From positions 1 through 42,844 of the forward strand of contig JBJMMA010000034.1 in NCBI GenBank assembly GCA_045805065.1: a stretch of DNA of 42,844 nt, written 5' to 3'. A program made the translations under genes and the position numbers. Source of the stretch: Bdellovibrionia bacterium. GTDB taxonomy: Bacteria; Bdellovibrionota; UBA1018. Shown piece by piece: positions 9,605 through 19,056 of the stretch (position 1 is its first letter; each line of letters starts with the position of its first letter). The notes beneath the pieces are model-generated. The model saw nothing but the letters and a program-made list of their open reading frames with translations, was not told the DNA's origin and made no database searches.

Positions 9605-9620
9605 AGCAAAAAGCTGTCCA
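9605..9620 (-). promoter_or_regulatory. sigma54-like -24/-12 promoter
   Basis: TGGACAGCTTTTTGCT on the minus strand (GG-N10-GC); predicted +1 near 9594. Confidence 0.45.
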
Positions 9621-9738
9621 GCGAGCGGGCACTGATTTCACACACGATTTCGATTCAAACCCTGTTCTAAATTCAGACGGTTGGTAGGGCTGGCAGGGGG
9701 TGTCCCAATTGACCCAGGTCATTTATTGATTAATCCGG

Positions 9739-9765
9739 TCAAGATTGGTCCTAAAGACGTCGAAA
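9739..9765 (+). promoter_or_regulatory. sigma28 (FliA)-like promoter
   Basis: TCAAG-N15-GTCGAAA, resembling TAAAG-N15-GCCGATA, just before the in-frame ATG at 9777. Confidence 0.4.
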
Positions 9766-9776
9766 CGATAGGGACG

Positions 9777-10802
9777 ATGGTCAAGCGTGGATGGGTCTAT
9801 CTCCGTAAAAGCCTTCTTGTTCTTGGGAAGCTCATGAGTCGAAAACCCGCGAGGTTTTTCTCTCATTCGCACCAAGCGCCACGCCTCAATGTCGGGTTAC
9901 TGAGTCTTTGTCTTCTGACTCTTGCTCCCATGCTCGCATGCCTTGGGGGAGTGATCTGGCATGAGTGGAAGGTCGCTCAAAACGCGCGGATCCAGATTCC
10001 GGTTCAGGACCAACTCAGCCAATCACAGCAATGGCAGAGTGAGCTCATGCCCTTGTTGTGTGCCATGATCTTTGCGGTTTTGGGTGTCTTCTTTCTTGCG
10101 GGTTGGATGACCCAAAGAAAGAAACAGGAATATGCCTACTTTGCTGCATTCTCGTTTCTTCAGGGAGTCGGACAGTTCTGTGCGGTCGACTGGATGCAAC
10201 AGCTCCTGGGTGCATCTTTTTTGAGCGAACTCCGAGTTGTCTTGCTGGTCTGGGAAGGTTCCCTGGCGATGCTTTTGGGTCTTGCGCTGGCGCGGACTCG
10301 AGCAAGCTGGATGGCCATGGCAGTCTTTACCACGGTGCTGGTCACATCCATGCTTCTGCTGGCGCCTTGGATCTCTCTTCCCAAGGCCACATTGGCAAAT
10401 TGGGAGAAGTACCTCTTTCAAGTCTTTGTGCCTTTGGCCTATGCGCGCGGGGCGGCTGCATGCCTGATTCAGTGGAATGTTTTGTCTCAGCGCCGCGCAT
10501 TTGCGAACCTGGGGCAGGAGATGAGCCTTCGCATCGCTCAGCGGCGTCGGGAGCTCGGAACGCTGGGGTTTGGATTCTTAACTGTCGGCGCGCTCTATGC
10601 GGCGCAGGCCCTGTTTTTTTCAAGCGCTGATGCCTGGATGCGTGTGTTCCGGCTTTCTCATCTTGTTCTTCTGATTGCCTGCTATGGTGCGGGGTGGATG
10701 CAGAATCGCTTGCGTGACGATGCTCGGCTGGTTCTGCGATTGATGCGTCATAAGAATCCTGCTGCGAATCCAGAATCTGAAAACGTAAAGAAGGCAGGTT
10801 GA
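9777..10802 (+). CDS. multi-pass membrane protein (7TM-DISM-like)
   Basis: About 8 hydrophobic segments; the KKQEYAYFAAFS segment resembles 7TMR-DISM helices. Start uncertain (9681, 9777 or 9834). Confidence 0.65.
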   Translation: MVKRGWVYLRKSLLVLGKLMSRKPARFFSHSHQAPRLNVGLLSLCLLTLAPMLACLGGVIWHEWKVAQNARIQIPVQDQLSQSQQWQSELMPLLCAMIFAVLGVFFLAGWMTQRKKQEYAYFAAFSFLQGVGQFCAVDWMQQLLGASFLSELRVVLLVWEGSLAMLLGLALARTRASWMAMAVFTTVLVTSMLLLAPWISLPKATLANWEKYLFQVFVPLAYARGAAACLIQWNVLSQRRAFANLGQEMSLRIAQRRRELGTLGFGFLTVGALYAAQALFFSSADAWMRVFRLSHLVLLIACYGAGWMQNRLRDDARLVLRLMRHKNPAANPESENVKKAG

Positions 10803-10833
10803 CCTCGTTCAAGATTTGGGGGAGGTTGAGGCT

Positions 10834-11346
10834 ATGTCTCGACCTCTCATCCGTGTGGCGCGCCCTGAAGACGACTCGGTCATTGGTGAACTTCTAATCA
10901 ATGCCTACGTCACTCAGTATGCGCGGAAGATGCCCGAAGTGGTCGTCGATGAGAATCGCAAAAAAGATCTCAGAGACGTTGCCGGAAAGCGCCGTATTGG
11001 AACCGTACTTGTCGCCGAACTCGATGGCAAAGTCGTGGGCTCAGTTACCCTTCTCAAGCCGGGGGCGCCAAGATCTGAAGCCTGGCGCGAGCAGATGGCA
11101 GATCTTCGCATGTTCGGAATCGATCTCAATTACCGCGGGCAGGGGATCGCCGACGCGCTTTTGGATGAGGCCGAGCGAATCGTGCGCGAGGATTGGAAAT
11201 GCCCGACTCTCGGGCTTCATGTGAGGCGTGGAGCGCACGGAGTTGCGGGTGTTTATATCAAGCGCGGCTTTCAGCGAGATCCTTCGGGTGATCTTGATAA
11301 ACTTCCCGAGATTTTCTTAGAGGCTTACGTAAAAACACTCTTATGA
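10834..11346 (+). CDS. GNAT family N-acetyltransferase
   Basis: IRVARPED, LVAELDGKVVGSV, YRGQGIADALL acetyl-CoA motif, YIKRGF; GAGG before ATG 10834. Confidence 0.9.
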   Translation: MSRPLIRVARPEDDSVIGELLINAYVTQYARKMPEVVVDENRKKDLRDVAGKRRIGTVLVAELDGKVVGSVTLLKPGAPRSEAWREQMADLRMFGIDLNYRGQGIADALLDEAERIVREDWKCPTLGLHVRRGAHGVAGVYIKRGFQRDPSGDLDKLPEIFLEAYVKTLL

Positions 11347-11362
11347 AGGAGAGCGGCATTGC

Positions 11363-12304
11363 ATGAAAAAGACAGTGTGGGTGGCTTTAGCAGCGGTTGT
11401 TTGCGCCAATATCTCTTTAAGCGTTGCAAATGCATCATCGATTGAAGACACGAGAAAAGCGATCTTTGAAGGTGTCGGCACTTGTGATCAGGCTGTTTTC
11501 ACGAACGATCAGTACCTGGCAGTCAGTCTTCTGCCTTTCGTTCCAAACGTGGGGCACGTGAGAGTTTATTCCCTGAAAGACCCAAGTCATGTCACCGATA
11601 TCTCCACTCACTCGCGCGTGACTGATATCAAAATCGAAGGTGATACAGCTTACGTTTTGACCGGATGGACGATCGAAGGCTGGAGCATTTCGAGCGGAAA
11701 GCAGCTCTTCCAATACGCAAGCCATCCCCAGGCATCACCTGGACTCAATCTCCGTGAGCGCGCTCAAGGTTTTGTTTTGAGCGGCAAGCGCGCTGTGATC
11801 GCTCATGGCGTTCTAGGAGTCACAGTCATCGACCTGGAATCCGGAAAAACGATCAAGACATTGCCAATGCCTACTGTCTCGGCAGCTCAGGATATTGCGC
11901 TGGTGAATGCGGATAAGGCCGTGCTTGCCATCGATAATAACGATGAGCGCCAGTTTCGCGGAATGTATCTGATGAATCTCCGCACGCTTGGATTTACGAA
12001 GCAGATCAAGATCGACAATGCGCTCCCGTCGGCAGTTCGCGTGCTCGATAACGATCGGCTGATGCTGGTCTACTACAATGCGATCTGGAAGTTCGGAAAG
12101 ACTCAGGCACTCGCAGCGACAAAGGAGCCTAGGCCTTCGCGCCGGGCTTGGCAGTTCCCTGGCCTGAACGTTGTCGACATGCAAGGCAAGGTCGCATTCG
12201 ATCAAAAGAACTTATATGCTTGTTTCAAAACCTGGGATAGTCAGACGGACGAGCGCGATTACAAGCCCATGGCGTTTGATCTGAAGGCGTTGCAACTGGA
12301 CTAG
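11363..12304 (+). CDS. exported hypothetical protein, probable beta-propeller (LVIVD-like)
   Basis: Signal peptide ending ANA-S; repeated beta motifs (VRVYSLKDPS, DIKIEGDTAYV, GVTVIDLESG). Confidence 0.7.
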   Translation: MKKTVWVALAAVVCANISLSVANASSIEDTRKAIFEGVGTCDQAVFTNDQYLAVSLLPFVPNVGHVRVYSLKDPSHVTDISTHSRVTDIKIEGDTAYVLTGWTIEGWSISSGKQLFQYASHPQASPGLNLRERAQGFVLSGKRAVIAHGVLGVTVIDLESGKTIKTLPMPTVSAAQDIALVNADKAVLAIDNNDERQFRGMYLMNLRTLGFTKQIKIDNALPSAVRVLDNDRLMLVYYNAIWKFGKTQALAATKEPRPSRRAWQFPGLNVVDMQGKVAFDQKNLYACFKTWDSQTDERDYKPMAFDLKALQLD

Positions 12305-12416
12305 GAATTAATGCATTGCGGCGTTTCTATTTTAACCATTATTTTAGATTGACCCAGGGGGGGCTTCCGATTGAAATAAGCCCCATCCATTTTAAATTCA
12401 CTGAAGGCAGGAATTA

Positions 12417-13613
12417 ATGAACATCCACGAGTATCAGGCAAAACAATTGCTCAAAAAGTTCAACGTGCGCGTCCCAGAAGGACGTCTGGTTGAGGAAGGC
12501 TCCGATGTCGCGGGCCGTGCTGAAAAAGCAGCTCTCGATCTTCAGAAAGAGCGCGGCAACTCGGTTTGGGTGGTCAAAGCTCAAATTCATGCTGGCGGTC
12601 GCGGTAAGGCTGGCGGCGTCAAGGTCTGCAAAGACATCAACGCTGTGAAGGCTGCCGCTCAAGAAATCATCGGCAAAACCCTTGTTACTCCGCAAACCGG
12701 TGAGCAAGGCAAGAAGGTCCATAAAGTCTGGATCGAAGAAGGCTCTCAAATCGCTCGCGAGCTTTACGTCGGTATCGTCACTGATCGCGCGGTTTCCCAA
12801 GTCGTCATGATGGCATCCACCGAAGGCGGCATGGAAATCGAAGAAGTCGCAGCAAAGCATCCTGAGAAAATTTTCAAAGTCGCGATCGATCCAACGACGG
12901 GTTACATGCCATTCCACGGACGCTCTTTGGCGAAGAAGCTCGGCCTCACGGCTGATCAAACCAAGCAAGCGGTCCAATTCTTCGGCGGTCTCTATCGCGC
13001 TTACATGGATCTGGATTGCTCCCAGGTCGAGATCAATCCAATGATCGTGACCGCTGACGGTAACCTGGCTGCACTCGACGCCAAGATCAACTTCGATGAC
13101 AACGCACTCTATCGTCACAAAGACATCGTTGAGATGCGTGACATTCAAGAAGAGAACGCTCAAGACGTTGAAGCCTCCAAGTATGACCTCGCTTACATCG
13201 CGCTCGACGGAAGCATCGGATGCCTCGTCAACGGTGCAGGCCTTGCGATGGCAACTCTCGACATCATCAAGCTCCACGGCGGCTCTCCAGCTAACTTCCT
13301 GGACGTCGGTGGCGGCGCTTCGAAGGAAAAAGTCACCAACGCATTCAAGATCATCCTCAAGGATCCAAAGGTGAAGGCGATTCTCGTCAACATCTTCGGC
13401 GGAATCATGAAATGCGACGTTATCGCTGAAGGCGTCATCGCTGCGGCCCGCGAGCTTTCGCTCACGGTTCCAGTCGTGGTTCGTCTCGAAGGCACGAACG
13501 TCGAGCAAGGCAAGAAGCTTCTGGCTGAATCCGGTCTCAAGCTCACGCCAGCTGATGGTTTGACGGATGCTGCAAAGAAGGCTGTTGCCGCTGCAGCTGG
13601 GAATTTGGCTTAA
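12417..13613 (+). CDS. sucC: succinyl-CoA synthetase beta subunit
   Basis: [53 protein letters not shown]. Confidence 0.97.
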   Translation: MNIHEYQAKQLLKKFNVRVPEGRLVEEGSDVAGRAEKAALDLQKERGNSVWVVKAQIHAGGRGKAGGVKVCKDINAVKAAAQEIIGKTLVTPQTGEQGKKVHKVWIEEGSQIARELYVGIVTDRAVSQVVMMASTEGGMEIEEVAAKHPEKIFKVAIDPTTGYMPFHGRSLAKKLGLTADQTKQAVQFFGGLYRAYMDLDCSQVEINPMIVTADGNLAALDAKINFDDNALYRHKDIVEMRDIQEENAQDVEASKYDLAYIALDGSIGCLVNGAGLAMATLDIIKLHGGSPANFLDVGGGASKEKVTNAFKIILKDPKVKAILVNIFGGIMKCDVIAEGVIAAARELSLTVPVVVRLEGTNVEQGKKLLAESGLKLTPADGLTDAAKKAVAAAAGNLA

Positions 13614-13685
13614 GAGCACATTACGTCTTAGTTAGGGCACCAAAGGTGCCGACTTAACTTAGAAAGGTTTTAAAAGGTTATCGAC

Positions 13686-14558
13686 ATGTCGATATGGGTC
13701 GGAAAGAATACGAAACTACTTGTTCAAGGCATCACCGGCGCGCAAGGTCTCTTCCACGCCAAAGGCTGCCGTGATTACGGCACGAACGTCGTCGGCGGCG
13801 TGACCCCTGGTAAGGGCGGTCAAGAAGTCGAAGGCTTCAAAGTTTGGGATACGGTTGAAGAAGCCGTAAAGAACACTGGCGCCAACGCCACGATGATTTT
13901 CGTTCCACCAGCGGGCGCTGCAGACTCGATCTGCGAAGCGGCTGACGCTGGAATCGAACTCATCGTCTGCATCACCGAAGGCATTCCAGTTCGTGACATG
14001 CTGAACACGAAGCGCTACCTCGCCAGCACGAAGTCCCGCCTCGTTGGTCCAAACTGCCCAGGTGTCATCACCCCAGGCCAGTGCAAAATCGGCATTATGC
14101 CAGGCCATATTCACCTGGCTGGAAACATCGGCGTTGTGTCCCGCTCCGGAACGCTCACTTACGAAGCCGTTCATCAGCTCACTCAGCTTGGCATTGGCCA
14201 AAGCACCTGCGTGGGTATCGGCGGCGACCCGATCAACGGCACGAACTTCATCGATGTTCTCGATGCCTTCAACCGCGATCCGAACACGCACGGCGTGATC
14301 ATGATCGGTGAAATTGGTGGCTCTGCTGAAGAAGAAGCTGCTGAGTTCATCAAGCGCGAGATGAAGAAGCCTGTTGCAGGCTTCATCGGCGGCGCATCGG
14401 CACCTCCGGGCAAACGCATGGGCCACGCTGGCGCTATTATTTCAGGTGGTAAGGGTACCGCAGAGGAAAAGTTCCAGGCACTTCAGGCTGCTGGCGTGAA
14501 AATCGCTCGTAGTCCTGCAGACTTGGGCACGACTCTTGTTGCAGCTATGAAGGGCTGA
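13686..14558 (+). CDS. sucD: succinyl-CoA synthetase alpha subunit
   Basis: [35 protein letters not shown]. Confidence 0.97.
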   Translation: MSIWVGKNTKLLVQGITGAQGLFHAKGCRDYGTNVVGGVTPGKGGQEVEGFKVWDTVEEAVKNTGANATMIFVPPAGAADSICEAADAGIELIVCITEGIPVRDMLNTKRYLASTKSRLVGPNCPGVITPGQCKIGIMPGHIHLAGNIGVVSRSGTLTYEAVHQLTQLGIGQSTCVGIGGDPINGTNFIDVLDAFNRDPNTHGVIMIGEIGGSAEEEAAEFIKREMKKPVAGFIGGASAPPGKRMGHAGAIISGGKGTAEEKFQALQAAGVKIARSPADLGTTLVAAMKG

Positions 14559-14569
14559 TTTTGATTTAG

Positions 14570-14613
14570 GCGAGGGGTCTGTTGCTCCTTAGAACGGGCG
14601 ACAAACCTCTCGC
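14570..14613 (+). other. long intergenic hairpin between sucD and ndk
   Basis: GCGAGGGGTCTGTTGCTC pairs with GGGCGACAAACCTCTCGC (about 18 bp with G-U pairs and one mismatch); no U tract. Confidence 0.55.
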
Positions 14614-14680
14614 AATTCAATCCGAAGTGCGCTACCACGAACGGCAATCTTTGGAATATTTCTTTAAGGAGTCCAATTCA

Positions 14681-15109
14681 ATGGCAATCGAACGTACATT
14701 CTCAATCATCAAGCCGAACGCAGTCGAAAAGAACAATATCGGCGAAATCATCACCCGTTTTGAAAAGCGCGGCCTCCGTATTGCTGCTGCTAAGTTCACC
14801 CGCCTCTCCCGTGAGAAGGCTGAAGGCTTCTACATTGAGCACAAGGATCGCCCATTCTTCCAAAGCCTGGTTCATTTCATGACCAGCGGCCCAGTCCTTT
14901 TGATGTGCCTCGAAGGTGAAAACGCAGTTGCTCTCAACCGTGAAATCATGGGCGCAACCGACCCATCCAAGGCTGCTCCAGGCACGATCCGTAAGGATTT
15001 CGCTGACAGCATCGAAGCCAACGCAGTTCACGGATCTGACAGCCTGAATTCGGCTGAGCGTGAGCTTGCTTACTTCTTCGATCGCTCTGAGATCCAAAAG
15101 CGTTATTAA
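14681..15109 (+). CDS. ndk: nucleoside diphosphate kinase
   Basis: [42 protein letters not shown] before ATG 14681. Confidence 0.97.
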   Translation: MAIERTFSIIKPNAVEKNNIGEIITRFEKRGLRIAAAKFTRLSREKAEGFYIEHKDRPFFQSLVHFMTSGPVLLMCLEGENAVALNREIMGATDPSKAAPGTIRKDFADSIEANAVHGSDSLNSAERELAYFFDRSEIQKRY

Positions 15110-15133
15110 TCTCTTGATCTCGCCGGGCGAGGC

Positions 15134-16843
15134 ATGGAGACTGGTCGAATGCGGGTAGCAATCGCACAGATCGATCCTGTTGTCGGCGCGTTTGACGCCA
15201 ACGTCCGAAAAATTCAAGAAGCTTATGAACGGGCTTGCGCTGAGCAAGCCCGTTTGCTTTTGACGCCCGAGCTTGGCATTTGCGGATATCCTCCGCATGA
15301 TCTGATCGAACGCCCAGAGATGTTCGATCGCAATGAAAGAGCTCTCGAGCAGCTGGCCCAGCTCACAAAAGGCAAGTCCTGCGCTCTGATCGTAGGGCAT
15401 GTCGCAAAAAATCCTTCTGACGTCGGGCGCTCTGCTCAAAACGTTGTCAGCGTCCTTGAAGACGGGAAAGTGGTCTTCCGACAGGCCAAAACACTTCTTC
15501 CCACCTACGATGTCTTTGATGAGGCTCGCTACTTTGAGCCTGCGCGTGAGATTCATTCCTGGCCATGCGATGGCAAAACGATCTCCATCGCAATCTGCGA
15601 AGATCTTTGGTCCGAGGACCTGATCTCAGGCCGCCATCTCTATTCTGGCGATAAGCCCATTCAGACTTATTCCAAACAAAAGCCAAAGCTTTTGATTTCG
15701 CTTTCAGCAAGCCCTTACATGATCGAAAAGCGGGAGCACCGCGAAGAGATTCATTCTGAGATTGCCCGCAAAATCGGTGTGCCTTTGCTTTACGTCAACC
15801 AGGTGGGCGCAAACGATGAAGTGCTCTTTGATGGAGCCTCGTTTGCCATTGATTCACAGGGTAAGGTCGTAGGCCGTCTTCCGGCTTTCAAGAACTCCTT
15901 TGGTGTTGTGGACGTGGATCTGGAGAAGGGGAGTGTTTCTTTTGTCGCTCCCGCGCCCGCTGAGCGCGAAGATGCGCCTCCATCCGAAATTGAAGTCCTT
16001 TCTCGCGCCTTAGTTGTCGGAATTCGCGATTATTTCCAACGCACGGGTTTTAAGACGGCCATTCTTGGCCTCAGTGGCGGGATTGATTCTGCCGTTGTTG
16101 CCACACTTGCGGCCCGCGCCTTGGGGCCTAGAAATGTTCTGGGTGTGGCGATGCCAAGCCAGTATTCCTCGAGTCACAGCCTTGCGGATGCTGAAGCTCT
16201 GGCTCAACGACTGGGCATTAATTATGAGGTCAGGCCCATTAAGTTTATGAACGCCACGGTCAATCGTGAGCTTTCCGAACGCCGTGGGACGCTTGCCCCG
16301 ATTGCGCAAGAGAATCTGCAGGCGCGTCTTCGCGGCCTGATTCTCATGACGCTTTCCAATCATTACAACTCGCTGGTTTTAACGACCGGAAACAAATCAG
16401 AGCTTGCGACGGGGTATTGCACTCTTTACGGCGATATGTGCGGCGCATTGGCACCTATTGCGGATCTCTACAAGACCCGGGTCTACGAGTTGGCGCGCTA
16501 TATCAATCAAACTTGGGGAGAGCTGATCCCTGAGAGTTCCATTACAAAGCCGCCTTCAGCGGAGCTTCGCCCGGACCAGAAAGACCAGGACACGCTTCCG
16601 CCTTACGATCTGCTCGACGCGGTTTTGGAGGAATACCTCGAGAAAGGAACGCCTGTTTCTGCTCTTGAGGAAAAGTACGGCTCTCGGCTTCCAACCCAGG
16701 GTTGGGTCCGGAATATGCTAAGGCTTCTCGAAATCAATGAGTTCAAACGCCGACAGGCTGCTCCGGCCCTAAAAGTGAGCCCAAAAGCGTTTGGAATCGG
16801 AAGACGTATCCCAATTGCAAAAAACTGGGACCAGTCGAGTTAA
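15134..16843 (+). CDS. nadE: glutamine-dependent NAD+ synthetase
   Basis: Nitrilase domain (PELGICGYPP, KTLLPTYDVFDE, ICEDLW) plus synthetase domain (GLSGGIDS, ENLQARLRG, TGNKSE, PSAELRPDQKD). Confidence 0.95.
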   Translation: METGRMRVAIAQIDPVVGAFDANVRKIQEAYERACAEQARLLLTPELGICGYPPHDLIERPEMFDRNERALEQLAQLTKGKSCALIVGHVAKNPSDVGRSAQNVVSVLEDGKVVFRQAKTLLPTYDVFDEARYFEPAREIHSWPCDGKTISIAICEDLWSEDLISGRHLYSGDKPIQTYSKQKPKLLISLSASPYMIEKREHREEIHSEIARKIGVPLLYVNQVGANDEVLFDGASFAIDSQGKVVGRLPAFKNSFGVVDVDLEKGSVSFVAPAPAEREDAPPSEIEVLSRALVVGIRDYFQRTGFKTAILGLSGGIDSAVVATLAARALGPRNVLGVAMPSQYSSSHSLADAEALAQRLGINYEVRPIKFMNATVNRELSERRGTLAPIAQENLQARLRGLILMTLSNHYNSLVLTTGNKSELATGYCTLYGDMCGALAPIADLYKTRVYELARYINQTWGELIPESSITKPPSAELRPDQKDQDTLPPYDLLDAVLEEYLEKGTPVSALEEKYGSRLPTQGWVRNMLRLLEINEFKRRQAAPALKVSPKAFGIGRRIPIAKNWDQSS

Positions 16844-16937
16844 AAGTGTGTTATCTGTAGGAACGTAGCGAAAGGACAAACGCGCAAGAGTCAAGCTGGC
16901 CAAAGGCCAGCGGAGCTTTGCGCGAAAAAAAACTACA

Positions 16938-17330
16938 ATGAACGCTGATCTTAAGAAAATCGTGTCGAGAGTAAAGGATGCTCAAACCCGTCTTCAGTCT
17001 GTGCTCAATAATCAAGATTGGCCAGGCTATATGGACGAGGCACGAAAGTACGCTGAGAAGCAGGGAAGCGAAGTAAAAAAGCTTCTTTCCTCTGATCTTG
17101 GTAAGGTCAAAACCTTCATCGAACGGGAACGTAAAGAGCTTGAGCGTTTCCAGAAGCAGATCCCAGGTGAAGTGAAGAAGTTCAAAAAGCTCCTGACGCA
17201 ACAGCGCAAGGAGCTTGAAAAAATGTTGGGCAGCCTGGGCGCCCTTAACGGAAAAAAGCGCAAAACTGGCACTAAGAAGGGAACGGCTAAGAAAGCCAGC
17301 TCCCGGAAAAAGGCCGCTCCCTCAACTTGA
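16938..17330 (+). CDS. hypothetical basic amphipathic-helix protein with Lys/Ala-rich tail
   Basis: 130 aa with a heptad-like pattern and C-terminal KKRKTGTKKGTAKKASSRKKAA. Confidence 0.7.
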   Translation: MNADLKKIVSRVKDAQTRLQSVLNNQDWPGYMDEARKYAEKQGSEVKKLLSSDLGKVKTFIERERKELERFQKQIPGEVKKFKKLLTQQRKELEKMLGSLGALNGKKRKTGTKKGTAKKASSRKKAAPST

Positions 17331-17357
17331 CACCTAGGGTGACCTTCGGGTAAACCT
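17327..17357 (+). promoter_or_regulatory. candidate sigma70 promoter for infC
   Basis: TTGACA-N18-TAAACC. Confidence 0.45.
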
Positions 17358-17395
17358 GAGTGAATCAAGGAGGTTTTTAAGAACCAAATAAACGA

Positions 17396-18073
17396 ATGGC
17401 ATTTACTCCATCTAGTCCCTCGAGTCCATCAGGTCCCTCTGGTCCATCATTCCCACGCCCGCGTTTTCCACGTGGCCCGGTCCCGCACCACAATAAAGAC
17501 GAGCACAGAATCAACGAGCGTATTCGTGTTCCACAAGTGCGTCTGATCGATGAAAAAGGTAATCAAGTCGGTATCGTGCCTACGCAAGAAGCCCTTCAGA
17601 TGGCTCGCGAGCGCGGCCTTGATTTGATGGAAATTTCTCCAAACGCTCAGCCGCCTGTCTGCAAAATTTGCGACTACGGCAAATTTAAATACGAAAAGAA
17701 GAAAAAAGAGCACGAGGCCAAGAAGAAGCAAACGGTCATCAAGGTGAAGGAAATTCAGCTTCGCCCTCAGACCGAAGAGCATGACCTCGAATATAAGTTT
17801 AAGAATGTTCGCACCTTCCTTGAGGAAGGCGATAAGGCCAAGATCACCATCATGTTCCGTGGTCGTGAGATCACCTATGTGGATCAAGGCTTTAAAATCA
17901 TGAAGCAGCTTGCTGAGATGGTGAAGGACATCGCTGTTGTTGAAGCGCATCCTAAACTGGAAGGCAAGAAGCTGATCATGGTTTTGGCTCCTGCTCCGGG
18001 CGGTAAGAAGCCAGCTTCTGCTCCTAGGCCAGCTATTAAGCCAGCTACTGGGAACACGGAATCTAAAGAATAA
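17396..18073 (+). CDS. infC: translation initiation factor IF-3
   Basis: RINERIRVPQVRLI, PPVCKICDYGKFKYE, KVKEIQLRP, FRGRE; Pro/Ser-rich N-terminal extension. Confidence 0.96.
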   Translation: MAFTPSSPSSPSGPSGPSFPRPRFPRGPVPHHNKDEHRINERIRVPQVRLIDEKGNQVGIVPTQEALQMARERGLDLMEISPNAQPPVCKICDYGKFKYEKKKKEHEAKKKQTVIKVKEIQLRPQTEEHDLEYKFKNVRTFLEEGDKAKITIMFRGREITYVDQGFKIMKQLAEMVKDIAVVEAHPKLEGKKLIMVLAPAPGGKKPASAPRPAIKPATGNTESKE

Positions 18074-18291
18074 GTCCGAAAATATAATTGACTGGGTCGC
18101 TACTCGTAGAGTACGTTGCGGTCCTTGCTTACGATCGCGGCTAAGGTTTGCTTTAACGTTTGATTTAATGCTTACCTGGCCTGGTCATTTTTTAAAGTTC
18201 TGAGCCATAGCTATTGGCCTAAGTTGCAAGACTTAGCTTGTAGAATGAAACTCAGAACAGGAATGCTTTTTAGCAATTTGGGGTTAAGCTC

Positions 18292-18492
18292 ATGAAAATG
18301 AAGACAAAAAAGGCAGCTGCAAAGCGCTTTTCCTTCACTGCGACTGGAAAAGTGAAGTTCAAAAGAGCCGGTAAACGCCACAATCTCGGCCACAAAAATT
18401 CAGGCGCTAAGTTGAAGTTGCGTAGCGCTGGCTACCTCATGGAAGGCGATATTCGCCACATCGAGCGTTGCTTGCCATACGGCTCTCGTTAA
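18292..18492 (+). CDS. rpmI: 50S ribosomal protein L35
   Basis: KMKTKKAAAKRFSFTATGK...H...LPY, located between infC and rplT. Confidence 0.95.
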   Translation: MKMKTKKAAAKRFSFTATGKVKFKRAGKRHNLGHKNSGAKLKLRSAGYLMEGDIRHIERCLPYGSR

Positions 18493-18572
18493 TTTACGAG
18501 ACCTTTTTAAGTTTTACATAGTTGACTCGGCTTCATCTGAGGCCCAGTTTTCAAGCTTTTAGGAGTAGGAAA

Positions 18573-18935
18573 ATGCCTCGCGCAAAACGTGGTTTTAAAC
18601 GTCGTCGTCGTCATAATAAGGTTTTGGACAGAGCCGAAGGCTTTGTTTTAGGCCGTAAGAATAAATTCAAGCGCACTGCAGAAGCGGTTGATCGTGCATT
18701 TATGTACGCTTACCGCGATCGCCGCGCGAAAAAGCGTGACTTCCGCACCTTGTGGATCTCCCGCCTTTCTGCTGCTTCGAACGACAACAACATCAGCTAC
18801 AGCCGTTTGATTGCTGCTTTGACGAAAGCTCAAATCGGTCTCGATCGTAAGGTCCTTTCGGATATCGCGATCGCTGACCCAAAAGCTTTCTCTGCGATCG
18901 TGGACCAAGTTCGTTCACTCGCTCCAGCGGCTTAA
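18573..18935 (+). CDS. rplT: 50S ribosomal protein L20
   Basis: MPRAKRG, YAYRDRRAKKRDFRTLWISR, LDRKVLSDIA; AGGAG SD. Confidence 0.96.
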   Translation: MPRAKRGFKRRRRHNKVLDRAEGFVLGRKNKFKRTAEAVDRAFMYAYRDRRAKKRDFRTLWISRLSAASNDNNISYSRLIAALTKAQIGLDRKVLSDIAIADPKAFSAIVDQVRSLAPAA

Positions 18936-18952
18936 TCCAACTGACTGCTTTT

Positions 18953-19001
18953 GCATCGAGCTTCGTTTACCTATATTTGTAACGAAGCTCGATGCGTTTT
19001 T
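18953..19001 (+). terminator. intrinsic terminator after rplT
   Basis: GCATCGAGCTTCGTT...AACGAAGCTCGATGC followed by GTTTTT. Confidence 0.8.
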
Positions 19002-19056
19002 ACGAAAGAGTTGTGCCTCTAGCAGGTTCTGCCTTATGAGGCGCTTCTAGAGGAAT

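Noticed and set aside
13630..13660. GGCACC-AAA-GGTGCC hairpin between sucC and sucD as a copy of the RAYT palindrome
   Set aside because: Arm order and sequence differ; more likely an ordinary mRNA hairpin.
15118..15132. CTCGC-CGG-GCGAG hairpin before nadE as a family A or B member
   Set aside because: Too short and lacks the conserved flanks.
18170..18187. Partial family B match (TGACCAGGCC on the minus strand) between infC and rpmI
   Set aside because: Only about 10 nt match, in antisense orientation, with no closing stem or GAGA.
18074..18572. L20 autoregulatory leader or sRNA around rpmI
   Set aside because: Small hairpins exist (e.g. 18525-18548), but I cannot match them to a known L20 leader by eye.
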